Source: a virus
Lineage: Duplodnaviria > Caudoviricetes
Length of the DNA: 41,487 bases
Reading direction: 5' to 3' (one strand)
Virus record (IMG/VR): IMGVR_UViG_3300033555_000011
Location: 1 to 41,487 of that record
The notes beneath the pieces are model-generated. The model did no database searches. It was given only the letters and a program-made list of their open reading frames with translations, and had not been told where the DNA came from. Position 1 is the stretch's first letter; each line of letters starts with the position of its first letter. Below, in pieces: positions 7,494 to 16,418 of this stretch. A program made the position numbers and the translations under genes.

Positions 7494-9515
7494 ATCCGCC
7501 AACCGTTGCGCGCCTTCTGGCCGCTTAGTTAGCATTGCCGCCATTGCTGCCTGCCCTGCTTTTGAGTACATAACAGGCGCAGCCATCATTCCTATCGCCC
7601 CAGGAACACCCAAGCCAGCCCCAGCAGCGCCCGTAGCGCCCATCGTCGCCATAAGCCGGTATGGAGTGCCGGAATCAGGAACAGACGCGCCTAGGGCTGA
7701 TTTGGCTGGCTCCGATAAGTCTTGCATTAATGCACGCCCTTCAGAGAATCCGCGCTTATCCTTACTGCGGTCCATCGCCTTTACGGCGCTCTGTAATTGA
7801 GCGGGGCTAAAAATACCGTCTTCAGCACCAACACCAGCCGAAGCGCGTTGAATGCGTTTGAAGTTGGCATAGCCCGTGTTGATTGTTTTTAGTTCCTTGG
7901 CGTAATCTGGATTTGTTCGGGTCATCAAATCTCGCAGATTGCTTTGCAACTCCCCGATGGCCTCGCCCAGTTGGCGTTTGTCGGCTGAAGGGTCGCGCAA
8001 GTAGTTTCCAGACAAACGGCCAAGCTCACCATCCATTTGCTTGATGGTTTCGCCAGTCACTGAGTTATTGCCCTGAAACTTGTTTAGCACCTGGTTATTC
8101 AGTATCTTGCCAAATTGAGCCGCTTCAGCCTCGCCCATGTTCCCGTTTTGAACCAGTGATTTAAGCGTCGTCGTTTGGTTGACAAATTCGTCATCGGCTT
8201 GGGTGGCTAGCTTTGGCAGTAGCGCGTCATACTTCTTACCCAAAGTCGTGCCGACATACTCCACCGCTTCACGACCTTGCAATCCCTTTGGCAGAGCCTC
8301 GCCAACTGGTTTTAAGGCGCGGTTCATGGCGGCGGTGTTCATGTCACCCGCTGCGCGCCTCTGAGCTGATTTAATGGCGTCCCCAACGATTGGGACGCTG
8401 GTTAAGCCATCCTCTGCGCGCTTGAATGAGCCACCGAGTATCTGTCCGGGTGTGGGCGTTATACCTTCGGCCATCAAGCCTTTAACTGCTGCCGATGTTT
8501 GCGGTGCAGCCACTCGCGCAAGGCCGGTGGCAATAGCTTGCCCAGCGCCGCCACCAATGGCTCCAATGCCGGTATTCATTGCGCGCTCTTGCGTATCTAC
8601 CGCTGGCTGAACAAGTCCAAGCCCTGCGCCGACTGCGGCCGCTCCTTTGAGTGTGTTAACCGCTGGCAGCAATCCAGCAGACAGAATACCCCCGGCAATG
8701 TTGCCAGTGATGCCGCCCGCCGTATTCATCAGCGGCGCGTCCCGTTTGCGAGCCTCTAAAATCTCAGCCCGGCCCTGAGCCTGTGTAACTTGTGCGCTTT
8801 GGAACCCCATTTTGTTATTGAGGTAATTCAAGCCTGACCGAATCGGTGCGGGGGTCATATTCTCAAGACCAGCAGCGCCATCGTTTATCAGTTGTTGCAA
8901 TCCCGTACCCAAGTTGTCCGACACGAACTTGCCCGCGCCCGCCGCCGCATTCTGGAAAAACGAGTTTCCTTCAGTTGGGTCTATCGCTTCTGGTCTTTTT
9001 GAAGCTGGGGCCGATGCAGGCTGCGCGCTTGGAAGGTCATCTTCTGGCACGGCCCGGCTTGCTTGGGGCTGTCGTGGCAACCTGGACGCGACTTGCTGCC
9101 CATATTCAAGGGTGTTGGGCGCTTTTGGGTTACGTGGGTCTGATACCGCAATACCTCTGCGAGCCTTATCAATTGCGCCCTCACCGCCGTAGTACCCAGA
9201 CGCGGTTAACGCTGGGTCGCCCCCAGCGCGCTCGCTCAGTGTTTTGATGTACCGAATGCCAGCCCGTGCGTTCTGGTCCGGGTTATCGATAGACCATCCT
9301 TTATCGGCCATGCGGTTAAATGTGGCAGGGATAATTTGCATCCCACCCACCGCGCCCGCGTTGGATGTTTTAGTGTTTTTGCCGCTGCCGGACTCTTGCT
9401 GATAAATAGAACGGGCAACATCAGCGATGCGGCCCGATACACCCTCCGCCTGAAGGGCAGCTTCAAACGAAGAGCCGCCACCCGGCAAATCATCAGCAGG
9501 TACTGCGCGACCCAT
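7431..9515 (-). CDS. DNA ejection protein with N-terminal lytic transglycosylase (SLT) domain
   Basis: IYQQESG, GAVGGMQIIPAT and NARAGIRYI SLT motifs; Ala/Gly-rich helical remainder; podovirus ejection-gene position. Confidence 0.85.
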   Translation of the reverse strand: MGRAVPADDLPGGGSSFEAALQAEGVSGRIADVARSIYQQESGSGKNTKTSNAGAVGGMQIIPATFNRMADKGWSIDNPDQNARAGIRYIKTLSERAGGDPALTASGYYGGEGAIDKARRGIAVSDPRNPKAPNTLEYGQQVASRLPRQPQASRAVPEDDLPSAQPASAPASKRPEAIDPTEGNSFFQNAAAGAGKFVSDNLGTGLQQLINDGAAGLENMTPAPIRSGLNYLNNKMGFQSAQVTQAQGRAEILEARKRDAPLMNTAGGITGNIAGGILSAGLLPAVNTLKGAAAVGAGLGLVQPAVDTQERAMNTGIGAIGGGAGQAIATGLARVAAPQTSAAVKGLMAEGITPTPGQILGGSFKRAEDGLTSVPIVGDAIKSAQRRAAGDMNTAAMNRALKPVGEALPKGLQGREAVEYVGTTLGKKYDALLPKLATQADDEFVNQTTTLKSLVQNGNMGEAEAAQFGKILNNQVLNKFQGNNSVTGETIKQMDGELGRLSGNYLRDPSADKRQLGEAIGELQSNLRDLMTRTNPDYAKELKTINTGYANFKRIQRASAGVGAEDGIFSPAQLQSAVKAMDRSKDKRGFSEGRALMQDLSEPAKSALGASVPDSGTPYRLMATMGATGAAGAGLGVPGAIGMMAAPVMYSKAGQAAMAAMLTKRPEGAQRLADLLRLTGGGAAAGGAALAVQK

Positions 9516-10720
9516 TATTTATACTCCCACTGGCCGTTACGCATCACAATATCCTTGCCAGATTTTGACTTACTGACAGCACCATCTTGTCCCGCGCTGG
9601 CGTTTCCTTTGTTTGCTCCGGCCATTCGTTGTCGTGCGGCTTGCATGTCGGTAGTGATTCGCTCCACTGAGTCCCGGAAAGCTGTTTCACCCATCTTGGG
9701 GTCTAGTGCGCCGACTGCCGCCGTCAGCTTTTTACCCTCAGCATCAGACAGTGCGCCCATGCCTTTAAGCTGGGCCACCATCGGGATAAAGGCCTGTGAT
9801 TGAAATGTGTTCAGCTCTGCCTGGAAGTTGGCAGAGTTTGAGCCTGGCATTGTTGGCAACATGCCAGTTACACCAACAGAGCGAGATAGGCCGGGGTGCG
9901 CTGCTAGGCGGTCAAGCGTTCCAAGCATGGTGTCAAAACTAGCCAATTGGCTTGATTTCGTCAAAGTGTTTGCGTCGTCTTTTGCTTCGCGCTTGATACG
10001 GTTATCTTCAACCTTTGTGTCATTGAAGTCTCGCGTCCGGGCGTTGGTAAGTGCCGCATTGCTTGCGGAATTGGCGACTGTCGCGGCGTTGTTGGCGGTT
10101 GAAGTTCTGGCCGACAATTGCGCGTTTGCATCAGGCGTGGTGAACTGAATCATCTTCTCAGCGCTCAGTCCGCTTTGCAGCTTCCACTGCTGGAACCCAG
10201 CCTGGTCCTTGGGGATGCCTGCGACCGCCTGATCCACGTTGCCATGCTTCGTCACCTCGGCCAGCTCAGGGTTTGCGTAGTTCGCGCGAACCCACTGCTC
10301 TGCGGCAATTGGATCGTTGATGGTGTTCAGGCTGTCCCGGCTGCGCTCTAGCGTCATCTTCAGAGCCTCTGACCGGATTTTGCTGGTCTTGGCCGCTGTC
10401 TCTGAAAGCTCGCCTTGCGCTTTATCGTCAGCTGCGAAGTTCTTTTGCAGGCCGGGGATCTGCGAGCCCAAGCCACGCTGGGCCGCGCCTGTCAGTAGTG
10501 CATTGCGGTCTAGCTTGCCGTTGGCCCCAAGCGCGCTTTGGTACAACTCATTCATTGTGATCTTGTCGCGCCGTGCTGTTTGTGCGTCCTGCGCTGCAAA
10601 TTCAGATTCCTGCGACTTGCGCATCAGGTCTTTGATCGTCAGCGACTTAACCAGTGACTCGTCAGGCGAATCAATCTGAAACTGTTTGAGGCCTTGAATA
10701 ATTGAAGGATTTAGCGCCAT
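9515..10720 (-). CDS. DNA ejection/transfer protein
   Basis: Helical A/Q/N-rich protein with GALSDAEG motif, between the other ejection genes. Likely ATG at 10720 overlaps the upstream stop. Confidence 0.65.
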   Translation of the reverse strand: MALNPSIIQGLKQFQIDSPDESLVKSLTIKDLMRKSQESEFAAQDAQTARRDKITMNELYQSALGANGKLDRNALLTGAAQRGLGSQIPGLQKNFAADDKAQGELSETAAKTSKIRSEALKMTLERSRDSLNTINDPIAAEQWVRANYANPELAEVTKHGNVDQAVAGIPKDQAGFQQWKLQSGLSAEKMIQFTTPDANAQLSARTSTANNAATVANSASNAALTNARTRDFNDTKVEDNRIKREAKDDANTLTKSSQLASFDTMLGTLDRLAAHPGLSRSVGVTGMLPTMPGSNSANFQAELNTFQSQAFIPMVAQLKGMGALSDAEGKKLTAAVGALDPKMGETAFRDSVERITTDMQAARQRMAGANKGNASAGQDGAVSKSKSGKDIVMRNGQWEYK

Positions 10721-11787
10721 TACATATTTCTCCACATTCCAGTGCCATCAAAGCTTTGTTGCGGGTAGTAGCTGCTGTCCCGGTTTCTGATCTGCTGCTG
10801 GTAGTTGTTGGCAAGCGATGACAGCCCGCCGCTGATTGCGTTGGCCCCAGCCACAGTTCCAGCTGCCTGTACGTTGCCAATACCCATCAGATTGCTTCCG
10901 GCGCTTTGCGCGTACTGTGCCCCGGCTGCGTTGACGTTGTTTGTCGCAGTCTGACCAGTACCGGCCACTGCGGACAAGCGGTTAAATTGCGTGTCGTTGT
11001 TGGATTTGAAGCGGTTGAATGCGTCCTGCCCTTGGCCTGCAACGAAATTGCGGTCTACGTTGGATTGGTTAAACCAATTGTTGTATTCGCTGCTGGCGTT
11101 GTCTTGGCCGAAGCGGGTCAGTGCTTTAAGCGTTGCGCCGGAATAGCTGCCGTTACGTGCGTTGGCGGTGTTGGCTGTGGCCTTCATGCCTTCGTTTGTG
11201 CGGAACTCGTAGCCTGGTGAAGTTTGAAAGTTGCTACTGCGCTGCAATGCCCCGTCGATCTGGGGCCGCAGTTGCGAATAGAGCGGGTCAGCGTCACGGT
11301 CGCCAGCGTTGAAGTTCCGAGTTAGCGAGCCAAACGCAGGGTCAGAGCTTTGCGTTTGTTGGTCCTGGGCCTGCATGGTTGACATTTCAGCCGTTACCCG
11401 TGCGACCTCTTGGCGGTTGCGTTCTAGTGCTGCGTCGCGCTCACCTGATGGCTGGTTATCGTTCAGATCGGCGGTGTCAGCGTTTACGCGGTCCAGGTAG
11501 GTTTGCAGTTCAGCATTGCGCGGGTTGGCCGTGCTTCCGCTGCCGCTCATTGGCACATTCAAACCCAACAAAGTAGCAAGCCGACTTCCTGCCGCATCGC
11601 CACGCTGGCGGGTTGGAGCGTTGTCTTCGCGGGTTTGCTGGAATTGGCGCTCTGATAATGCGTTTGCGTCACGGCCTGATTGTGCTTGCTGATCAGCCGC
11701 TTTGCCTGATGCTTTTGAACTAAGGTACGCGCCACCAGCTGTAGCAGCTACTGTCAAATACGTGGCTGCGGATATTCCAAAGGCCAT
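10720..11787 (-). CDS. DNA ejection protein (P22 gp7-like position)
   Basis: Hydrophobic G/A N-terminus, A..QAQ..R.A, SPGYEFR..EG and SGATLKAL.RFGQ..AS.EY motifs. Confidence 0.75.
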   Translation of the reverse strand: MAFGISAATYLTVAATAGGAYLSSKASGKAADQQAQSGRDANALSERQFQQTREDNAPTRQRGDAAGSRLATLLGLNVPMSGSGSTANPRNAELQTYLDRVNADTADLNDNQPSGERDAALERNRQEVARVTAEMSTMQAQDQQTQSSDPAFGSLTRNFNAGDRDADPLYSQLRPQIDGALQRSSNFQTSPGYEFRTNEGMKATANTANARNGSYSGATLKALTRFGQDNASSEYNNWFNQSNVDRNFVAGQGQDAFNRFKSNNDTQFNRLSAVAGTGQTATNNVNAAGAQYAQSAGSNLMGIGNVQAAGTVAGANAISGGLSSLANNYQQQIRNRDSSYYPQQSFDGTGMWRNM

Positions 11788-11789
11788 GA

Positions 11790-12242
11790 TTATTCCTTCA
11801 ATCGTTTTTGTTCATTAAGCAGTTGCAGGTTTCCTGCGCCGCCCAACAACTCACATGCCAGCGAAGTCGTGAACCGTTCTGCCAGCTTATCGGTGTCAGT
11901 TTCGTTATCGGCGTTCGGGAAGAAGTTTGTCCAGCGTGAATCCTCAAGCGCTACCACTGCATTCTTCATACCCGGTTTGCAAGTAATGGTATCGCCTGCA
12001 TTGACCACTTTCGTGCCATCGCTTGTCACGATCTGAAGCTTTCCAAGCGACACAATGATCAGGTTCTCGGTGGTGTGGACTGCGCCGACAATCACTGTTC
12101 CTTTTGACATGCTCATCTCGCGCGCGTACAGGCCTGGGGCGAAGTAATGACGCACAGGGCAATCAACTGGAGGTGCGTGGTTCAACGCCTGCTCCAGCTG
12201 GTCTACGCGGTGCCGCATTGAGTCGCTCAGGGTCAGTTCCAT
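11790..12242 (-). CDS. cupin-like protein
   Basis: HYFAPGLYAREM...GTVIVGAVH...G.L...PGMK..V.ALED beta-barrel pattern. Confidence 0.65.
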   Translation of the reverse strand: MELTLSDSMRHRVDQLEQALNHAPPVDCPVRHYFAPGLYAREMSMSKGTVIVGAVHTTENLIIVSLGKLQIVTSDGTKVVNAGDTITCKPGMKNAVVALEDSRWTNFFPNADNETDTDKLAERFTTSLACELLGGAGNLQLLNEQKRLKE

Positions 12243-12574
12243 TATGTGACCTCTCGGCCCGATGACCGGATCGTCAAACCTGTGGCGCTGGCAATCGTGG
12301 ATATAAAGCCGCCCGACATAAGGTAGTGGCCGACAATCTCAGGGAATGTGTATGTTTCATTGGCTGCAATGCTTTTGGCCTTCACCACCAAATTGGCAGA
12401 CGTAGCAGCACCGCCCTGCACAACCAAATTGACAGATAGCGTCTGAGCCGCCGCCGTCGTATTAACTGCTGTGAACTTGTCGATAATGGTTCGAGTATTT
12501 GCTGAAGTGAATTGCGTAGTTTGCACCGCCTCAGCGTCCTTGCTCTCAATCAATACTTTGTTGTTGACGCTCAT
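12242..12574 (-). CDS. hypothetical virion protein
   Basis: Beta-rich 110-aa ORF coupled within the tail operon. Confidence 0.6.
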   Translation of the reverse strand: MSVNNKVLIESKDAEAVQTTQFTSANTRTIIDKFTAVNTTAAAQTLSVNLVVQGGAATSANLVVKAKSIAANETYTFPEIVGHYLMSGGFISTIASATGLTIRSSGREVT

Positions 12575-12960
12575 AATGGGGAACCTTTAAGTGCTTGTAT
12601 TTCAGTAACTAGGGCGTAAACAGTCTCGCGCAACTCGTTGATCTCAGTGGTCATATTGTCCAGCTTTTCTATGACTTGCGGTGGTATTAATTGCATGTCA
12701 TCAACGCCTCTGTTAAGTGCCGCGACATCCTGAATTGGCTGCACTGAGAACTCGTTAACGAACGCCGCCAATTGGGCTTTGCCTTCTTCAATACCTGCAT
12801 CGGCAAACTGCTGCGCATCCAAGTCACGAATGCTAGGGCCAACCGTTCCGCCTAGGCGGAATATAGACGCCTCAATAAACCGTATAAATTCTTCAGAGGC
12901 AAGCTGTCCATCGCGTGTTATTGGGATTCGGCGTGGGAATGACAGAACGTTTTCCATCAA
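12571..12960 (-). CDS. hypothetical tail protein (needle/plug position)
   Basis: Follows the gp10-like gene; C-terminal coiled coil. Confidence 0.55.
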   Translation of the reverse strand: MMENVLSFPRRIPITRDGQLASEEFIRFIEASIFRLGGTVGPSIRDLDAQQFADAGIEEGKAQLAAFVNEFSVQPIQDVAALNRGVDDMQLIPPQVIEKLDNMTTEINELRETVYALVTEIQALKGSPL

Positions 12961-14336
12961 GCAACCCCCGCCACAATGTCAAACTTGATGTCATCGGTGC
13001 ATCGCACTTGCCATACTCGGTCGCGTGCCGTGCCCAATCGACGCCAGATAATCCGATGCAGAAACTCGCCAGTTAGCCCCAACGGTTGCGCCAGCCAGTT
13101 CGACCAGTTCAAACCGCCGTCATTCGAGTATCTCAGCATGACTTTCGGCGTTGCCCCTGCTGGCGCCCGGCCTACTTCGCAATCCAGCTGAAACCGTGGA
13201 TAGGTTTGTCGCTGCATCATCGGCGTGGCGTTGTGCGGGCTGATACGGTCACGAACTAGCGGCGAGCCTGCGTTAGTGTGGGCTGACGTCACGAACTGAT
13301 AAACCTTGCCGTCAGCCGTACCGATCAAGCACTTATTGAACGAATACAGGTAATCTACAGCACGGTGCGGCGCATATTCACCGTCAATCAATTCAGCCCG
13401 CTCGTGCCACTTGCCGGTTTTAGTTTCAAAAACCAACGTGGTTTTGAGGCCTGGCGCATTGATGCAGTAGAACGTATTGCCATTCTGCTGATACCCGTAG
13501 GCCGTTGCGGCTGCTAGGTTGGTAGATGCCTGTAGCGCCTGGTCAATCGAGTCGTCGGAAATGATCTGAGGTTGCGATCCTTTCGATCGAAAAACCTGGC
13601 CTCCGCCCGTGTCGTTCTGCCCAAGCCAATAAATGGCGCTGTCAAGGCGTAGAGCAGTATCTGGGGCCATACACCCCACCTCCATCAATGCGCCGCTTAT
13701 ACGCCCGAATGGAAAGTCTACGCCGCCCGTTAGCACCGCCGTTTCCGTCGTCTGCTCACCAAACAACTTCAACTCGTCATGGTCATTCAAAACCATATTA
13801 ACGCGGTCAGGGTTGGATTCTGCCGATGAGAACTCCAGTGCATCAAGGTCTGTTGCGTCGTCGATGGCGCTGATGTAATACTGCTGTGTACCTGGCCGGA
13901 TAAATATAAAGTAGCCGCCAAGGAATGCGACAAAGCGCGAACCGTAGAAATTGGGGCTGCTTATCCTGGTAAGGCTGTTGTCGCTCAGCGTGAAAACGTA
14001 GCCGTTATTTCCATCAACGATAACCATTTGGGTTACGCCTACGGCGATGGATACTCGGCCTGATGCGGTCAACAGTGTGCCGCGCTCTGTCTTAACGCCG
14101 TTCGCGTCCAATTCAAAAAGCTTATTACCACCGACCATAAAGGTTCGACCACGGGTGACGATGCCGCCGCGATACGCCATCAGCAAATCAGAAAACAGCG
14201 TCAGGCCTGGAATGCTTTTCAGCATGAATTTGGCCTTCCCTGTACCTGATTCAATCGACGAAAGGTACAGGTTAATGCTGCGCTCAGAGGCAGCTTTACC
14301 ACCTAGAGGGTATGAAGGGCCTATAAAGTTAATCAC
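12957..14336 (-). CDS. packaged-DNA stabilization / tail nozzle protein (P22 gp10-like)
   Basis: INLY...PGL, SAESNPD, FGEQTTE and MLRYSNDGGLNWSNW...G..GE...R..WRRLG..R.R motifs. Confidence 0.88.
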   Translation of the reverse strand: MINFIGPSYPLGGKAASERSINLYLSSIESGTGKAKFMLKSIPGLTLFSDLLMAYRGGIVTRGRTFMVGGNKLFELDANGVKTERGTLLTASGRVSIAVGVTQMVIVDGNNGYVFTLSDNSLTRISSPNFYGSRFVAFLGGYFIFIRPGTQQYYISAIDDATDLDALEFSSAESNPDRVNMVLNDHDELKLFGEQTTETAVLTGGVDFPFGRISGALMEVGCMAPDTALRLDSAIYWLGQNDTGGGQVFRSKGSQPQIISDDSIDQALQASTNLAAATAYGYQQNGNTFYCINAPGLKTTLVFETKTGKWHERAELIDGEYAPHRAVDYLYSFNKCLIGTADGKVYQFVTSAHTNAGSPLVRDRISPHNATPMMQRQTYPRFQLDCEVGRAPAGATPKVMLRYSNDGGLNWSNWLAQPLGLTGEFLHRIIWRRLGTARDRVWQVRCTDDIKFDIVAGVA

Positions 14337-14363
14337 TTGTTGGTCCTTTCTGATTACCTAAAC

Positions 14364-15470
14364 TCACAGAGTTACCCCCACCGATGCCGCAACTTGCCGT
14401 TGTGCCTTGAGCCGCTGGTCCGCCGCCCCTGAAGTTCCTTTGAAATAGATCTCCTCAAACACACGGACATTGCCGAACTCAAGCGCCGCAACATTGGACT
14501 TTCGATAGCTGATCCCTGCACTTCCAGCAGACACAGCCACTCGAGGAATAGTCACTGGGGCAGATACGCCCATCTGAATGTTCAAATTTGTCCCGTCGTC
14601 AAACACTGAAACGATGGCGACACTGTTCAGTGTCAATGCAGCGCTGGTTAGCTTGGTGAAGGCCGTGTCTGTCGTTGTGGGTGGTGCGCCAGCCGTTGCA
14701 GCAGCGCCGGTGTCAGTGAACGTCAATACATTGCCAACGGCATTAAACACGTCCTGTGCGCCCGTTGCGGTGCCTCTATAGATGCGGTAGCTCGTCGCAC
14801 CCGCCACCGCCGCCCATGTATTGGTAATCGTGGACGTTGTGCCCAGCGTAGCAACAGAAACCTCATTCGATTTCAGAGATTCGCCTTTTGCGTTCAACGC
14901 AGTGATGACCGTAAAGTAGGTGGCCGCAGGCAATGTCCCTCCAATAGCGGCCATTGATGCCGCGTCAGCAACTGGGGGGGTCAATGGTGTGCCGCCGCCC
15001 GATGCAAGTTCTACTTGATTGCCAGCCAGAACCCGCGCGCGATAGCCGCCGTTCAGCCCAGCGTCCGAAAACAGGCTTTGAATGGCCCCGCCTGCGTTTA
15101 ATTGCACCGCTGCGCAATAAAAGAAACCAGCAGTTCCGCCGCCACCAGCTGCGCTGCTCAGGCTATCGTTTACGCCGTCCGACTCTGTGTAGCTGAACCC
15201 TTGCGCGTCCTGGCGATATATTGGGCGATTGGCTGCCGTGGCTTGTGTGGCATGGTTTCCGCCGCCGCTGCGGTCGCGTGCGTTGCCAATGAACTGCTCA
15301 AATGCCGTCACTGGCGTGGTGGCAGCGCTATCTTGGAACCACGGTGTCGCTGTGGCTTGATTTGGAGCAAACCATGCGCCTTGAATCCCACTGTTGAATA
15401 TAGCGACAACCTGCGACGATATTGATTGAACCTGCCCGAAGGCTAGGCCCATTCCAATTCCGATTTGCAT
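14364..15470 (-). CDS. putative head fibre: lectin (ConA/LamG)-like domain with inserted FN3-like domain
   Basis: Starts MQIGIGMGL, then GAWF.P...FQDSA.TTPV...DRSG.GNHATQAT.ANRP; internal TWAAVAGATSYRIYRG...FTDTG. Confidence 0.6.
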   Translation of the reverse strand: MQIGIGMGLAFGQVQSISSQVVAIFNSGIQGAWFAPNQATATPWFQDSAATTPVTAFEQFIGNARDRSGGGNHATQATAANRPIYRQDAQGFSYTESDGVNDSLSSAAGGGGTAGFFYCAAVQLNAGGAIQSLFSDAGLNGGYRARVLAGNQVELASGGGTPLTPPVADAASMAAIGGTLPAATYFTVITALNAKGESLKSNEVSVATLGTTSTITNTWAAVAGATSYRIYRGTATGAQDVFNAVGNVLTFTDTGAAATAGAPPTTTDTAFTKLTSAALTLNSVAIVSVFDDGTNLNIQMGVSAPVTIPRVAVSAGSAGISYRKSNVAALEFGNVRVFEEIYFKGTSGAADQRLKAQRQVAASVGVTL

Positions 15471-15471
15471 G

Positions 15472-15702
15472 TCAGTACAGCGCCACGATGCTGGAGGCGG
15501 TTGTTCCTGTTGCATTAACCCGCGTACTATTGACCGAAAGCATCCCGGCTGCGTTTTTAAACAGCACTGCGACGCCGTTGACAATCAGCGTCACATCGCC
15601 CGCCACGCCGATATAAAGGGCGTCTGCTTTGCCGTTCACATGATCTACGGTGTTGCTTGGGGTTACAGCGATTGCCGTATTTGCGCAGGTAAAGTTTGCC
15701 AT
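15472..15702 (-). CDS. head spike base protein (RcGTA Rcc01079-like)
   Basis: AVTPS..VD....ALYIG..G.V...RV.ATGTTA..IVALY pattern. Confidence 0.7.
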   Translation of the reverse strand: MANFTCANTAIAVTPSNTVDHVNGKADALYIGVAGDVTLIVNGVAVLFKNAAGMLSVNSTRVNATGTTASSIVALY

Positions 15703-15711
15703 TTGGTTCTT

Positions 15712-16377
15712 TCAGCGCATCAAGCGCGTTGAGGGTCTGATTTTGATACGGCCCGCAGAATACGCGCCGCGATGGTGGTTCTCGTTTACCTGTTTGAGAA
15801 TGTCCAGATACTTAGCATTCCACAGCTGAATGCGGTTGTCTTGCTCGAAGAACGGTGCGCTTTCAGTCAACGCCGCGTAGACAAATAAATCTTCTGCCTG
15901 GGCAAATAGTAAGTTGCCGGGTAGCGTAGTCGCGTCCAGCGAAGGCAAACTACAGTAATAGCGGCCCTGCAATGCCGTTCCGTCCGCCACCGAAGGTGAA
16001 AACACCAGCGTGTTACCGGCCTTGGCGTAGTAAAGGCAATCACCGCCCTGACTAAATCGGCCACGGTCTAGGATGACTTCCTCTGCTACCGGCTCTAGTG
16101 GCAAGCGCCCGAAGTGGGCAATACTGGCCGATTGGAAGTCCACAGGCAGCGTCACTGCGTTACCAGTCACAGTCAAGCCCCAAGCCTTTTCATTTTGTGC
16201 TGAACGTACTTCGCGGTATAAGCGTCGCTCGCCCAGGTTAATGATCTGGCGAAGGGTTTCCACCGCAATCGTTGTTGCACTAACGTCGTCTCCATCAATT
16301 AGTCGTGTCAGCTCAATCAGAAGCTGCGGATATGTGGCGATGCCGCCTGTCTTGACTGTTGAAACTACTATTGACAT
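15712..16377 (-). CDS. head-tail adaptor protein
   Basis: IATY..L...I.LGE.R.YR.VR, LP.DF, and DL.VYAAL.ESAPF...D.RI..W..KY pattern; position fits. Confidence 0.75.
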   Translation of the reverse strand: MSIVVSTVKTGGIATYPQLLIELTRLIDGDDVSATTIAVETLRQIINLGERRLYREVRSAQNEKAWGLTVTGNAVTLPVDFQSASIAHFGRLPLEPVAEEVILDRGRFSQGGDCLYYAKAGNTLVFSPSVADGTALQGRYYCSLPSLDATTLPGNLLFAQAEDLFVYAALTESAPFFEQDNRIQLWNAKYLDILKQVNENHHRGAYSAGRIKIRPSTRLMR

Positions 16378-16418
16378 AGTGATTTTTCTTCTAACAATTT
16401 GGTTTCATTTAAAATCTA

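Noticed and set aside
15471-15584. N-terminal extension of the 406-aa ORF
   Set aside because: It overlaps the spike-base gene; ATG 15470 right after that stop gives the expected MQIGIG start.
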